This document shows positions 1-10,723 of a stretch of 64,000 nt of DNA, piece by piece. Made by a program: the position numbers and the translations under genes. Numbering within the stretch: the first letter of the stretch is position 1; every line of letters starts with the position of its first letter. This DNA comes from Nitrospirota bacterium (lineage in GTDB: Bacteria > Nitrospirota > UBA9217), in the NCBI GenBank assembly GCA_963796285.1, contig CAWCKW010000012.1, forward strand, positions 1,600,001-1,664,000, read 5' to 3'. Under the pieces are notes generated by a model, which was given only the letters and a program-made list of their open reading frames with translations, was not told where the DNA came from and did no database searches.

Positions 1-630
1 CAGCTTGTCGCAGTAGGATAAAAGCTCTTCCGCATACTGCGTGATCTTGAAGAACCATTGCTCCAGCTCCTTGTGCGTGACCACGGTACTGCAACGCCAG
101 CAGAGACCGTCCTCCACCTGCTCGTTCGCAAGCACGGTATTGCACGACGGGCACCAGTTCACATACGAACGCTTTTTGTACGCCAGGCCCCGCTCATACA
201 TCTTGACGAACAGCCATTGGTTCCAGCGATAGTACTCCTCTAGACAGGTTGCCACCTCGCGGTCCCAGTCGTAGGACAGGCCGAGACGCTTGAGCTGCTT
301 ATCCCGCATGAAAGCGATGTTCTCGAGGGTCCATTTCTGGGGATGCGTGCCGTGCTTGATGGCCGCGTTCTCCGCGGGGAGACCGAAGGAATCCCAGCCC
401 ATAGGGTGAAGCACGTTGAACCCGCGCATCCTCTTGTAACGGGAGATCACATCGCCGATGGCGTAGTTCCGCACATGCCCCATATGGATCCTGCCCGATG
501 GATACGGGAACATCTCAAGACAATAGTACTTGGGCTTCGAGGCGTCCTCGGTGACCGTGAAGGTTTTATTGTCCTGCCAGAAGCGCTGCCACCGTTCTTC
601 GACATTATGAAAATCGTACCGTTCTTCCAA
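1..630 (-). CDS. leuS: Leucyl-tRNA synthetase, 5' part (runs off window; 1-nt frameshifts near 300-345)
   Basis: Minus strand from TTG at 630 (GGAGG RBS upstream) reads [17 protein letters not shown]...[27 protein letters not shown]...[17 protein letters not shown], containing the HIGH-like HMGH motif. Confidence 0.93.
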   Translation of the reverse strand, partial: MEERYDFHNVEERWQRFWQDNKTFTVTEDASKPKYYCLEMFPYPSGRIHMGHVRNYAIGDVISRYKRMRGFNVLHPMGWDSFGLPAENAAIKHGTHPQKWTLENIAFMRDKQLKRLGLSYDWDREVATCLEEYYRWNQWLFVKMYERGLAYKKRSYVNWCPSCNTVLANEQVEDGLCWRCSTVVTHKELEQWFFKITQYAEELLSYCDKL

Positions 631-706
631 CAAATCCTCCTGCGTGATTATCGTGAGATACCGGCAAGAAACAACCAGGCATACACCTTGCGTTCATCAC
701 TGTTTG

Positions 707-1381
707 CTACTGTTTTGGTTGTGTTTTGACAAAGTGCTCGATAATGACGAGAGACTTTGTATCGCAGTCCATGAATTTCACACCGTACCGACGTCTCACC
801 GACATGGTCTCCTCGATACGTTTGACCATACAGGACACCGTGATTTCACTGCGGCCGATATTAAATGCACAGGTCATCCGCTCGCCCAGCTTGAGCACAT
901 GGTCGGTTTCCAGCAGCATTCCGGAGATGCTGATATTCTGAGACTGGGCAACAAAGGGGGCGTCCCCCTCCAGGCCTTTTATGGACACGCGCAGTAATGC
1001 CCGCATGTCCTTCCGTTGCGGGACAACAAGCAACTCGGATGCTTTCCACAGAAGCTCGCCGGGGTCCGCCGGCTTTCGAATGACGACGTTGGCACCCGCT
1101 TTTCGGCATTCTGACGGGGAGGGCTCGGTTTCACCACAAACGAGAATGATCGATACGGATTTCAACTCAGTGTCGCTCCGAATCAGGGAACAGAGCCTGG
1201 CGCCGCCCATCAAAGGCAAGGTGGCGTCGGCGATAATGAGGTCCGCTCGTTCGACGCCGTGAAGGTTGAGTATTTCCTCGGTTGACCACGCCGGAATGAA
1301 CGTGATGCCGCTCCTTTTAAAGATCGTGTTGCTTCCCTCCAGGTCATGCAAGAGGCTCTGGTCTATTATGATTTTTTTCAT
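707..1381 (-). CDS. Receiver-domain + PilZ-domain protein
   Basis: N-terminal REC-like fold (LIIADATLPLMGG, KP motif) and C-terminal PilZ motifs QRKDMR and NISISGM. Start placed at MKKIIID. Confidence 0.8.
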   Translation of the reverse strand: MKKIIIDQSLLHDLEGSNTIFKRSGITFIPAWSTEEILNLHGVERADLIIADATLPLMGGARLCSLIRSDTELKSVSIILVCGETEPSPSECRKAGANVVIRKPADPGELLWKASELLVVPQRKDMRALLRVSIKGLEGDAPFVAQSQNISISGMLLETDHVLKLGERMTCAFNIGRSEITVSCMVKRIEETMSVRRRYGVKFMDCDTKSLVIIEHFVKTQPKQ

Positions 1382-1490
1382 ACCACGAAGAGCCCCTGCG
1401 TCGAATGAACGCTGAAGCATCAGGGATCGAGCCATCCCAAGGGTGGTTGTTGTGAACAGCGAGCATATTTAAGACAATCCGTACATAGCG

Positions 1491-2027
1491 CTAATCTCTA
1501 AGCCACCCCGGGTAGGCATCGGCCTTCCGCGCCTCTTCGGGAAGCTCAACCTCAAGCTCATGCTTTTTTCTGGCAACGTCCTTTTCGAGCGTTGCTTTCT
1601 TCTTCTCCCGGCTGGACCGGGATTTCTTTATTTTGCTGCTGTTCCTGGAAGTCAACTTCTTAGGCTTATTTTCATCTTCCCGTTCCTGTTTCAGGACGAG
1701 ATCATATTTGTCCTGTAATTCCGCCAGCTCTTTTCTGAGTTTCGCCGCCCTTGTGCGCCAGTGTTCCTCTCCCTTTCCATACTTGTCTTTGTGGTCTTTA
1801 AGGGAGGCTGATGGCATCCTGGTCGAAGCGGTCTTCTCTCCAACGCTGACCCGGCGTTCGTCTGGTTTCACAGCTGCGGCGTTGTTCCGGTACTCCTGCG
1901 GCACCTGTTCCCGATCGTTGGTAAAGGATTCCTTCCCTTCCCTATCAACCCAGCGATAGAACTCAGCCCGGGCAACCGAAGCGGACAGGAACAGCAGGCA
2001 CACGGTCAGAACGGCACATTTTCGCAT
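1491..2027 (-). CDS. Secreted DUF4124-like protein with coiled-coil tail
   Basis: Signal peptide, then the FYRWVDREGKESFTND..VP motif. GAGG RBS upstream. Confidence 0.75.
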   Translation of the reverse strand: MRKCAVLTVCLLFLSASVARAEFYRWVDREGKESFTNDREQVPQEYRNNAAAVKPDERRVSVGEKTASTRMPSASLKDHKDKYGKGEEHWRTRAAKLRKELAELQDKYDLVLKQEREDENKPKKLTSRNSSKIKKSRSSREKKKATLEKDVARKKHELEVELPEEARKADAYPGWLRD

Positions 2028-2223
2028 GGAGACCTCCTCTCGAATAATTCAGAAAATAACACAAATACCGGGGCTTCGCAAGGTTTTTTCTTGTGCTGCT
2101 GAGAGCAAAAGTGCTATAGTGCGCTGCGACAATCCTAAAACGTAAAATTCTGATCTCTGAACAGAATGGGACCATATTCTTCAGGAATTTAGATATTAGA
2201 ATTGAGAAACCGTATGCATAATC

Positions 2224-3585
2224 ATGCCTAAACCAGTTGTCGCCATAGTCGGCCGTCCGAACGTCGGTAAATCCACCCTTTTCAACCGAATCATCGGCAG
2301 GAACTTTGCCGTCGTCGATAACTTGCCCGGCGTGACCAGGGACCGGAACTACGCTGAGGCAGAGTGGATGGGGAAACACTTCCTCCTCGTGGACACCGGA
2401 GGGTTCGAGCCCGAGACCGAGGACATCATGTTCACAAAGATGCGCGAGCAGACCACCCTCGCCGTGGAGGAAGCGGATCTCATCATCTTCCTCATGGACG
2501 GCAAAGAGGGGCTGCTTCCGGCGGATATCGAGGTATCGCAGCGCCTCAGGGCCTCGGGCAAACCCGTGCTCTACGCCTTGAACAAGGTGGACGGGGAGCG
2601 TCACGAAGGGCTCATCCCGGACTTTTATCGCCTCGGCATCGATACCCTCTATCCCATTTCCGCGCAGCACGGGCAGGGATTTTCCGACCTTATGGATGCG
2701 CTCTGCAATCACCTGCCGGACACGCCTCCGAAATCTGAAGAAAAACAAGTCGTGGAGATTCCAAGGATCGCCATCATTGGAAGGCCAAACGTAGGAAAAT
2801 CGTCTTTCGTAAATGCCCTCATGGGTGAAGACCGGATGATCGTGAGTCCTGTTGCAGGTACGACCAGAGACGCAGTAGACAGCGTCTATACGTATTACGG
2901 AAAACAGTATGTCCTCGTTGATACGGCCGGCATCCGGAGCCGTGGCAAGATCAGCCACGGAGTGGAAAAGTACAGCGTCATGCGCGCCATGAAGGGCATT
3001 GAGCGTGCGGACATAGCGCTAGTACTGATCGACGCTTCCGAGGGAATCACCGAGCAGGATGAGCGAATAGTGGGGCTGGCGCATGAGGCCGGTAAGGGCA
3101 TCATCCTCGTCCTGAACAAATGGGACCTGGTCCCTGATAAGGAAGAGGGGTACAAACGCTTCATGGCGAATGTCCAGCAGCGGCTCAAGTTCGCTGATTA
3201 CGCCTCGGTGATCACCATCTCGGCAATCACCCGCCAGCGCATCACCAAGGTCTTTGAAGAGATCGACAAATTGATGCAGGAGATCCAGCGTCGCGTGTCC
3301 ACTGCCGAGCTCAACAGGGTCTTTTCGCAGCTCGTTGCACGCCATGAGCCGCCGCTTTACCGCGCCAAACGCGTAAAATATTACTATGCCACTCAGGTGG
3401 GGATCAAGCCGCCGACATTCGTTGTGTTTGTGAACTACCCGTCAGGCGTACACTTCTCGTACATCCGCTATATAGAGAACAACCTTCGCCAGGCCTTCGG
3501 GTTCCACGGTACGCCCGTGAGGATCTTCGCAAAAAGCCGGAGAGAGGAACAGCCTCGCGGCAGGAGCAAAAACCTAAAAAAATAA
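2224..3585 (+). CDS. der: Ribosome biogenesis GTPase Der (EngA)
   Basis: Two tandem GRPNVGKS P-loops, DTGG/DTAG and NKVD/NKWD motifs, KH-like C-terminus. Confidence 0.98.
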   Translation: MPKPVVAIVGRPNVGKSTLFNRIIGRNFAVVDNLPGVTRDRNYAEAEWMGKHFLLVDTGGFEPETEDIMFTKMREQTTLAVEEADLIIFLMDGKEGLLPADIEVSQRLRASGKPVLYALNKVDGERHEGLIPDFYRLGIDTLYPISAQHGQGFSDLMDALCNHLPDTPPKSEEKQVVEIPRIAIIGRPNVGKSSFVNALMGEDRMIVSPVAGTTRDAVDSVYTYYGKQYVLVDTAGIRSRGKISHGVEKYSVMRAMKGIERADIALVLIDASEGITEQDERIVGLAHEAGKGIILVLNKWDLVPDKEEGYKRFMANVQQRLKFADYASVITISAITRQRITKVFEEIDKLMQEIQRRVSTAELNRVFSQLVARHEPPLYRAKRVKYYYATQVGIKPPTFVVFVNYPSGVHFSYIRYIENNLRQAFGFHGTPVRIFAKSRREEQPRGRSKNLKK

Positions 3586-3586
3586 G

Positions 3587-3616
3587 TTGACTTTTCCGGT
3601 CAATACGGGGTATGAT
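3587..3616 (+). promoter_or_regulatory. Sigma70-like promoter for the csp gene, with an overlapping TTGAC-N7-GTCAA palindrome
   Basis: TTGACT (3587-3592), 18 bp spacer, TATGAT (3611-3616). Confidence 0.55.
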
Positions 3617-3742
3617 CGACAAAATAGGGAAAATAAGAGATGCGAGTTTTTGTTAATTGTCGGCTGCAAAAACTACCTTTTAAGTTTGCAGTCTTTTTTT
3701 TGTGCAAAAAGACTCGGCCACGGGTCAATCAAGGAGGATCAG

Positions 3743-3943
3743 ATGTCAAACGGTTTAGTAAAATGGTTTAACGATGCAAAGGGTTTTGGTTTCATCACCA
3801 CCGAAGAAGGCAGTGATGTGTTCGTCCACTTCTCAGCGATTCAAGGTGATGGCTTCAGGTCCTTGTCGGAAGGAGATGCGGTCAGTTTCGATGTTGAAAA
3901 AGGGGCCAAAGGTCTCCAGGCGGTGAATGTCGTAAAACAATAA
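3743..3943 (+). CDS. csp: Cold-shock domain protein
   Basis: [18 protein letters not shown]...DVFVHFSAI (RNP1/RNP2). AAGGAGG RBS fixes the start at 3743 rather than 3587. Confidence 0.96.
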   Translation: MSNGLVKWFNDAKGFGFITTEEGSDVFVHFSAIQGDGFRSLSEGDAVSFDVEKGAKGLQAVNVVKQ

Positions 3944-4029
3944 GAATTCACAGATCTCCGCTTTTTTAGAGAGCTGTCATGATGTATTCTTGCAACCTTT
4001 TTTGATTTAACAATAACACTGGAGGTAAC

Positions 4030-4383
4030 ATGGCTAAGAAGCTCTATGTCGGCAACCTGTCTTACAATATTTCTGAAGAAGAGCTCAAGAATGTCTTTAC
4101 TCCTATTGGAGAAGTGCAGTCGTGTAAGATCATTACCGATGCAGCTACCGGCCGTTCGAAGGGATTCGGCTTCATTGAAATGGCAAATGATGAGGATGCG
4201 GACAAGGCCATTGCGACCCTGAACGGAACAACTGTTATGGACCGCGCGCTGAACGTGAGCGAGGCGCGGCCTCAGACTGAACGGGCCGGTGGACGTGGCG
4301 GCAGACCCGGTGGCGGCGGAAGGGGTGGATTCGACCGTGGCGGCTCCAGCGGCGGTGGAAGGAATAAAAATTCTTGGAGATAA
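4030..4383 (+). CDS. RRM RNA-binding protein with Gly/Arg-rich tail
   Basis: KLYVGNL (RNP2), RSKGFGFIEM (RNP1), RGG-rich tail, GGAGG RBS. Confidence 0.95.
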   Translation: MAKKLYVGNLSYNISEEELKNVFTPIGEVQSCKIITDAATGRSKGFGFIEMANDEDADKAIATLNGTTVMDRALNVSEARPQTERAGGRGGRPGGGGRGGFDRGGSSGGGRNKNSWR

Positions 4384-4574
4384 GAGTTGACGACAAAAAT
4401 ATTGAGAAGGCGATCAGGCTTCTCAAACGGAAGATGCAGAACGACGGCCTTTTCAGGGAACTGAAAAACAGACGTTTTTATGAAAAGCCTTCCTTAAAAA
4501 AGAAACGGAAGCGGATTGAAGCACAGAAGAGGAAGCAGAAGAGCCTGAGAAACAGCAGGCAGAGCAGGGCGTAG
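4374..4574 (+). CDS. rpsU: 30S ribosomal protein S21
   Basis: IEKAIRLLKRK...RRFYEKPS motif. TTG start overlaps the end of the RRM gene. Confidence 0.92.
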   Translation: MEIRVDDKNIEKAIRLLKRKMQNDGLFRELKNRRFYEKPSLKKKRKRIEAQKRKQKSLRNSRQSRA

Positions 4575-4601
4575 CATCGATTAGGGTCATACAATTTAAT
4601 T

Positions 4602-4660
4602 GCCGGAGATAAAGATTTGCCGTTAAGGGTTCCAAGGCCTATCCTCTCCGGTTTTTTATT
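4602..4660 (+). terminator. Possible intrinsic terminator after rpsU
   Basis: CCGGAGA...TCTCCGG followed by a T-run. The loop is long, so the call is weak. Confidence 0.4.
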
Positions 4661-4982
4661 TCTACCATATATTAATCTTCATTTTGTTCCCATCGCTACG
4701 TCAGCCATCATAAGGTTATGACGGACCTTCGCATTATTTTTTTAAAGTTATTTTCCCCCCTCTTATCAGCGCCTCTACTTTCTTTTTCATCGAACTCATT
4801 TCTTTATAATAAATCTACTATCTTGGTTTTGAGAACTGCTTGCTTTTGAGGAGTATGCCACAATTGCAGATAATAAAATAATTTATATTCTCGACAGATG
4901 TTCGTATCGTTGACCGTAAATGAGCAAATGGCGCTTCTTATCAGTTTCAGGCACCCCGGCACAGCTCCGCATTTCTTTGTTA

Positions 4983-5016
4983 ATAAAACAAGCGGGGCAA
5001 TTGTGGCGCCCCGCTT
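4983..5016 (-). terminator. Intrinsic terminator of the pil operon
   Basis: AAGCGGGGC-N9-GCCCCGCTT hairpin followed by a T-rich tract on the minus strand. Confidence 0.65.
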
Positions 5017-5070
5017 AAATAAAAAGCATGCTTACTTACAACATGACAATATTAGTCAAGGTCCAAAATA

Positions 5071-5640
5071 TTAGGGACAAACTGACCCATCCGCCGGACA
5101 GCCTTTCACAGTTATATCAGCAGTTACCTCAAGTGATGCTGCTCCTGAAACAGCGCTAATTGCTGCCGACACATATGTGTTATCCGTCCCTGCTGCTGTT
5201 GTACCTGTCGCCGCGCTTGATAAAGGCAGGGCGTATGTGGTCCAATATGTTGTAACCGTGCCGTTATCACCCGTAGTTGCTATTAGTTGGTCTCCGATAA
5301 TCTTAGTGGTGTAGCTATGATTAGTCCACCAGATGCCGTTTGTTGTTAAAACTAAACACACATTATTCCTTGGATTTCCAGCTGAATCCTTCACAGTAAA
5401 CACAGGATCCTGAACACACCCTTCTCCATTTAATGCTAACGAACTTCCTGCAAACACAAAACTATCCCAACCACAAATTCCTGTACTGGATATTGTGTCC
5501 GTCGCATTCGCCAGAAATGACCCCGACGGGCATCCAGCACTTTCAGCCTCTTTCCTGCCGCAACCGTTAAACAGCACAGTCGATGCCAACAAACCCATCA
5601 GAACCAGTGCCGATGTCGTTCTTCTCATAATTTTCATCAA
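5071..5640 (-). CDS. Cys-containing lipoprotein with an Ig-like (Big-1/invasin-like) motif
   Basis: Lipobox LFNGC, VFTVKDSAGNP...TTGDNGTV motif, GGAGG RBS, 21 bp downstream of pilQ. Confidence 0.6.
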   Translation of the reverse strand: MMKIMRRTTSALVLMGLLASTVLFNGCGRKEAESAGCPSGSFLANATDTISSTGICGWDSFVFAGSSLALNGEGCVQDPVFTVKDSAGNPRNNVCLVLTTNGIWWTNHSYTTKIIGDQLIATTGDNGTVTTYWTTYALPLSSAATGTTAAGTDNTYVSAAISAVSGAASLEVTADITVKGCPADGSVCP

Positions 5641-5661
5641 TGACCTCCGTACCTTTTATTT

Positions 5662-7962
5662 CTAGATCACTTCCTGCCTTATCACTCTCGGCGTTATGAA
5701 AATGATCAATTCCTTCTTATTCTCGCTAGTAGTCTTGCTCTTAAATAACCATCCTATGAGGGGAAGGTCCCCGAAGAACGGGACCTTGGTGAATGACTGT
5801 GATCGGTCCACGACAAGAATACCGCCAATCACAGCGGTCTCTCCATCGGCCAGGAGAATCTCCGTTGTGGCCTCATTTTTCGCAATGGATGGCTGTCCCG
5901 AAGCACCCAGGAGCGATGTATCGGGAGCATTTTTCGTCGCTTGAATTTTCATGAAGATCTTATTGTCCGGTGTCGCATGAGGAGTGACAATGAGCGAGAG
6001 TTTGGCGTCGATGAACTGTATCTGCGTCCCCGATGCTGATGTTGTTGAGAAGGGGATGGAACTCCCCTGTTCGATCTTGGCTTCCTTGTTGTCCAGCGCG
6101 CTTACCCTCGGGGTGGAGATCACCTTGCCTTCTCCTGTTGATTCAAGCGCGGACAGGACAAGGTCGAGATTCAGGGATTTGCTAAGAGAGCCGAACGTAA
6201 AACCTATGGCTCCACCGCCCGTGCCGGCGCCGGCTGGTGCCGGCATGTTCACAAAGTAGTTGCCCGAGCCAGAAGCCGTGGTGCCCATGGTCGGACCGCC
6301 GGTAATCCCTACTGAATTGGGGAATGAAATTCCTAACGGGTTGCCGTGCGAAGCATCCGAACTTGACGTACCGCCCCATTGCACGCCAAGGCTCCGGCTG
6401 AAAGTTAGTGAGGCTTCAACAATCCTTGCCTCTATCATGATTTGGGCTATGGGCTTGTCCAGCAGTTTGATAAGAGATACCACTTCATCAACGTTTCGCG
6501 CGAGATCCTTGATAATAAGAGTATTCGTTCTGGTATCCGTTACGGTTTCACCGCGAAGAGAGAGCGATTTTTTTATCGTCGGCTCGATTTCCCCCGCCTT
6601 GGCATAATTAACCGGAACGATCCGTGTTATCAGGTCTTCCGCCTTCTTTTTTGCTTCCTTTGACCGCATCTCATCTTCAGCTTCTTTGGTAAGCGCACTC
6701 ACTGAGGCAATGCGAAGAACGTTGTCCTCAAGCACATAGCCAAGACCATTCATCTTGAGAATTATATCCATAGCCTGGTCCCAAGGAATGTTGACCATGC
6801 GGACGGTAACTCTGCCTTTCACCTCGGGTGAAAGAATGATATTCAAGTTGGCAACCTCTGCAAAAAGACGCATCACATTGATCAGATCCGCATCCTGAAG
6901 ATCAAGTGATATTTTTCTGCCAGTGTATTTTTTCCCGTTGCCCAGTAAAGTAGTATCCGATAACCTAAGTTCCTTTTTCCCGGCTTCCACCTCTTCCTTT
7001 TTACCCGCGGGCGAAACTACGGATGCGGCCTCTTGAGGAGCAGGGACCTCTTTTTCCATGGTTGATACCTTTTCCGGTTCCTGCGCTGCCGTACGCTCCT
7101 GCGGGCGTTTCTCTTCGAGCTTCGCCACGGTGGTCGGTGCCATTGCAATAATCAACGTATTGCCTTCCGGGGTAACCGTATACTCAAGCGGCTTTGTAAG
7201 GTCTAATACCACGCGGACTTTATCCGAGTGCTGAGCAACACGAACCCTGGCAAGTCCACCCTTACGAACGGGAACGACACTCGGCCTTACCATGTTCTTC
7301 GCTCCGGGAATATCGACGACCAGCCTGTTGTCTTTAAGCATAAATACATTCGGCGACATGGTCCCGTTGCCCAATATGACTACCCTGACACCTTCTTTAT
7401 TCGCAGAGGATTGGACGGCGGACACCACCGTTGCCGTATTCTTTTGCTCCGGTTGAGGCACCTGCTCCTGCTTGGGTTGCTCCTGCTGCGGAGGTGCAGG
7501 AGCAGCCGCTTCTGGCGCGGCCTTGGCTTCCTCAACCGGCTTAGCCAGCTCTATCATAAGCTTGCCACCCGACTGATATACCTTGGTGTCAACGGCCTGT
7601 GAAAGCGCGACCTCCAGGCGGGCAATCGTGTCCTTTTGGCTGGGCGTGATATCAACAACAGCCCCGTTATTCACGTTAATCTTTGATTGGAATTTACTGA
7701 TATCCGCATCAGAAATGTCAACCACCAGCCTGAGCGGTTCGGTAAGTTGGAATGATGTATACTGCAGAATAGGCTCGGTCCCCTCAATAACTATCTCGGT
7801 CTTCCCGTCGACGTCGCTGGTGTCAATTTTATTGAGAAGCACCTGCGTCCCCTGCTGTTTCCCAGACTCCGGTGCTTTTGCACCGCACCCGGTGAAGAGC
7901 ACGGTTCCGAGAGAGATGAGAAAAATCAACCAATATGCTTTCGGCGGTTGAACGTACTTCAT
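5662..7962 (-). CDS. pilQ: Type IV pilus secretin with two AMIN domains
   Basis: AMIN repeats (RLVVDI), YTGRKISLDLQDAD, secretin domain with DGETAVIGG and VPFFGDLPLIGWLF. Confidence 0.96.
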   Translation of the reverse strand: MKYVQPPKAYWLIFLISLGTVLFTGCGAKAPESGKQQGTQVLLNKIDTSDVDGKTEIVIEGTEPILQYTSFQLTEPLRLVVDISDADISKFQSKINVNNGAVVDITPSQKDTIARLEVALSQAVDTKVYQSGGKLMIELAKPVEEAKAAPEAAAPAPPQQEQPKQEQVPQPEQKNTATVVSAVQSSANKEGVRVVILGNGTMSPNVFMLKDNRLVVDIPGAKNMVRPSVVPVRKGGLARVRVAQHSDKVRVVLDLTKPLEYTVTPEGNTLIIAMAPTTVAKLEEKRPQERTAAQEPEKVSTMEKEVPAPQEAASVVSPAGKKEEVEAGKKELRLSDTTLLGNGKKYTGRKISLDLQDADLINVMRLFAEVANLNIILSPEVKGRVTVRMVNIPWDQAMDIILKMNGLGYVLEDNVLRIASVSALTKEAEDEMRSKEAKKKAEDLITRIVPVNYAKAGEIEPTIKKSLSLRGETVTDTRTNTLIIKDLARNVDEVVSLIKLLDKPIAQIMIEARIVEASLTFSRSLGVQWGGTSSSDASHGNPLGISFPNSVGITGGPTMGTTASGSGNYFVNMPAPAGAGTGGGAIGFTFGSLSKSLNLDLVLSALESTGEGKVISTPRVSALDNKEAKIEQGSSIPFSTTSASGTQIQFIDAKLSLIVTPHATPDNKIFMKIQATKNAPDTSLLGASGQPSIAKNEATTEILLADGETAVIGGILVVDRSQSFTKVPFFGDLPLIGWLFKSKTTSENKKELIIFITPRVIRQEVI

Positions 7963-8517
7963 TGCATCCCCTCCTGTTTATTCCGGAGCTCAAGTACAAT
8001 CTCTTTTCGATTCGATTCGCCCGAAATGGTTTTGAATTTTTCTTCGATTACCATGGTATACTGTGTTATCTTTTTCACAATGCCCTTGTTTTGACCTATA
8101 ATCGTTCCAACATGCACAAAATACCCCTTTCCATCGGGGCCCTCAACCATTGCACTATATCCAAAGCCGCCCCACACAATGCCGGACAGCTTAAACTCAT
8201 ATATATTATACCGCTCTAGCGGCGGACGCTCTCCAGTCAATGCCTTCTGATCTTCCTTCACGATAAGCGGAGCGAAGGGATCTCTCTTCCCCGCTGGATT
8301 ATAGGAAAAATTGGCCTGAGATTTATCGCTCCGTCACCGTCGGTGTTATCTGGGTAATCATCTGTTGCTTCGCTTTTGCAGAAGTGGGTGCTTTCGCCTG
8401 AGGCAAGTTCCCCGAATCGGAACAGCCGGTGATTACCACAACGGTAATCAAGGAAAGCATCGACGTGAACCCGGCGAGCACTCTGTTAAATTGTTTTTTT
8501 CTGTGTCGCTGCATCAA
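7959..8517 (-). CDS. pilP: Pilus assembly lipoprotein PilP (split by a frameshift near 8320)
   Basis: Lipobox ITGC in ORF 8323-8517; YNPAGKRDPF...PLERY...LSGIVW in the downstream frame; lies between pilO and pilQ. Confidence 0.85.
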
Positions 8518-9100
8518 CTTTTTTCTCCAGTGCAGAAAACGTCATTGCCGTACAGTTGATAGTGACTTCCGGACTGCCGTCTTTGTTCATTTTCATGCTG
8601 CCCATTTTTATATTGAGTATATTCACAATCCGCGTCAGTTTCCCAATGCGGTCGAAAAGCAAAGCCGTATTATGATACCCCCCGGTCAACGTAATGGCAA
8701 TGGGAATCTCCTCGTACAGACCGCTTGCGTGCGTCTTTCGCCCACTCGGTTTCCAGGACTTGAGCGTAAGTCCCGACTGATTCACCAGACTCTGTATTTG
8801 CCTGAGCAGGTCGGACACTTCAGACTCAGGAGGGAGCTGTTTGGTAAGGATTACTAGCCGTCCTTCCAGTGACTTCACCTCTGCCCTAAGGTCGTCGAGT
8901 TTTTTTATCTTACTGTCATTCTCGCGTATCTTTTGCTGCAGTCCCGCAAGAGCGGTATCAAGATCCTTGATCCTGGTGTTCATAGGGATTTGATATTGGA
9001 AAATATAAGCGACCAACAGTATAACGATAAAGACACCAAAACCGATCACCCTTGTCTTGGTAGGAATTTTCTGTATTTTATCGATAAGAGTTGCCATCAT
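8486..9100 (-). CDS. pilO: Type IV pilus protein PilO
   Basis: TM helix, coiled coil, LPPESEVSDLL, GGYH...LTRIVN motifs; operon position. Confidence 0.93.
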   Translation of the reverse strand: MMATLIDKIQKIPTKTRVIGFGVFIVILLVAYIFQYQIPMNTRIKDLDTALAGLQQKIRENDSKIKKLDDLRAEVKSLEGRLVILTKQLPPESEVSDLLRQIQSLVNQSGLTLKSWKPSGRKTHASGLYEEIPIAITLTGGYHNTALLFDRIGKLTRIVNILNIKMGSMKMNKDGSPEVTINCTAMTFSALEKKVDAATQKKTI

Positions 9101-9645
9101 AACCCTTTATAGACAAACTGGAGTTTATATTTGTAAATATCGATTTTATCCTGTGTTGTCTGGCTTGTTTCAAGTAACATGACATCCTTCAATAATGGAG
9201 AGGCCTTCAAGTTATCGATAAACCGGACCACATCCTCATTCGTGAAGGCATCCCCGTCGATGTTTACGCTGTTATTGTTTTCCGAGAGCGATGCGATAAT
9301 GACACCCTTGGGAAGCGCTTTGCTCACCGCATCAAGAAGCAGCACCGGGCCTGCCTGGTTTTTTTTCAGTTTTTCGATAATTTCAATCTTCTCGGAGACC
9401 TTTCTCCGCTCTTCTTCGACATTCTTCACTTCCTTGAGCATATTGTCCTGAGCGGCAATCTGCTTTTCCGTTGCCGCCTTTTCATTCTCAAGCATGGCAA
9501 TTCGGTCGTTTTGCGTCTTCCAATAATATCCCATGGCAATCGCAACCAGAATGAGGATCAGGACTGCAAGGATTACCTGTTGCTGAAGGTCAATGACCTT
9601 CTTCGGAGGCTTCTTTTTAGTAGGCAGAAGATTTATTTTTATCAT
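9097..9645 (-). CDS. pilN: Type IV pilus protein PilN
   Basis: N-terminal IKINLLP motif, TM helix, coiled coil. Confidence 0.93.
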   Translation of the reverse strand: MIKINLLPTKKKPPKKVIDLQQQVILAVLILILVAIAMGYYWKTQNDRIAMLENEKAATEKQIAAQDNMLKEVKNVEEERRKVSEKIEIIEKLKKNQAGPVLLLDAVSKALPKGVIIASLSENNNSVNIDGDAFTNEDVVRFIDNLKASPLLKDVMLLETSQTTQDKIDIYKYKLQFVYKGL

Positions 9646-10694
9646 CTGTCGCCCGGCCTCCTAATTGCAAGCCCCACTGCCACCGCGCACAAAGGGGCTG
9701 ACTCCGCTATCACCATGGATTCAAAGCGCTTCGGATCGACCTTGATCTTCTTAAACGGATCGACGACCTCTACCGGGACCTCAAGCCGTCCGGACAGAAC
9801 CGTGATAAAATTCCCTATCCGTGCGCATCCGCCGGAGACCAGCACCCGTGACACCTTGTCACTGCCTGTCGTGGAACGGAAGAATTCGAAGGACCTCTGC
9901 GTCTCGGCAACGATATCGTCCGTAACCGACGACATCACGCTGGCGAGCTGCTCCTGATCGGCGCCTTCCACCTCTTCGCCCCTCTTCACCTTTTCCGCAT
10001 CTTCATAGGTAAAACCAAAATCCCGCTGGAGCGCCTCGGTATAACGGTTGCCGCCTACCGTAATATCACGGGTAAAGATCGATACCCCGTCCTTCAGGAT
10101 ATTGATATTCATCACCGAAGCTCCAATATTGAGAAGGGCCGTTGTCCCTTCCTCAATTGTATAGTTGAGCTCATACATGTTCGCCAGCGCAAAAGCGTCG
10201 ACATCCATGACCACCGGCTCCAATCCCGCTTCTTTGACGAGATTGACATAATCGTTTATTTTGTCTTTCTTTACAGCTACCAGCAGCACATCCGCTTGCC
10301 CTTCGACGGCGCCTGCCCCGAGCTTTTGAAAATCTACATTCACGTCATCAATGGAAAAGGGGATGTACTGCTCCGCCTCCCATTTGATGGATTCCGCCAG
10401 CTCTTCATCAGTCATATCAGCAACGGAAACGCGCTTGATAATGACCGAGCTGCCGGAGACCGAGATCACGACCTCCTTGGTCGTTACCTTCTGGGAGACA
10501 AGAAGTTCCCTGATGGCCTCAACTACCCGTCCGGCATCCATTACCGCGCCCTCCACGATTACCTCGGGCGGTAACGGTACCATGCCGAATTTAATCAGCT
10601 GATAGTTTTTATTCGAGCCCTTCAGCTGGACAAGTTTAATAAAGGTTGATCCTATGTCCAGTGCGATCGGCTCAATTTTCTTGGAAAAAATCAT
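9642..10694 (-). CDS. pilM: Type IV pilus protein PilM
   Basis: IALDIGS...EAEQYIPF...VSGG...AVGLA actin-like fold. Real start MIFSKK at 10694 with GGAG RBS. Confidence 0.95.
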   Translation of the reverse strand: MIFSKKIEPIALDIGSTFIKLVQLKGSNKNYQLIKFGMVPLPPEVIVEGAVMDAGRVVEAIRELLVSQKVTTKEVVISVSGSSVIIKRVSVADMTDEELAESIKWEAEQYIPFSIDDVNVDFQKLGAGAVEGQADVLLVAVKKDKINDYVNLVKEAGLEPVVMDVDAFALANMYELNYTIEEGTTALLNIGASVMNINILKDGVSIFTRDITVGGNRYTEALQRDFGFTYEDAEKVKRGEEVEGADQEQLASVMSSVTDDIVAETQRSFEFFRSTTGSDKVSRVLVSGGCARIGNFITVLSGRLEVPVEVVDPFKKIKVDPKRFESMVIAESAPLCAVAVGLAIRRPGDR

Positions 10695-10723
10695 TTTCAC
10701 TCCACAAACGAGGGTGCTATATA

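Noticed and set aside
4660-4980. Possible small gene or sRNA between rpsU and the pil terminator
   Set aside because: Only a start-less open stretch and a weak hairpin; not enough support.
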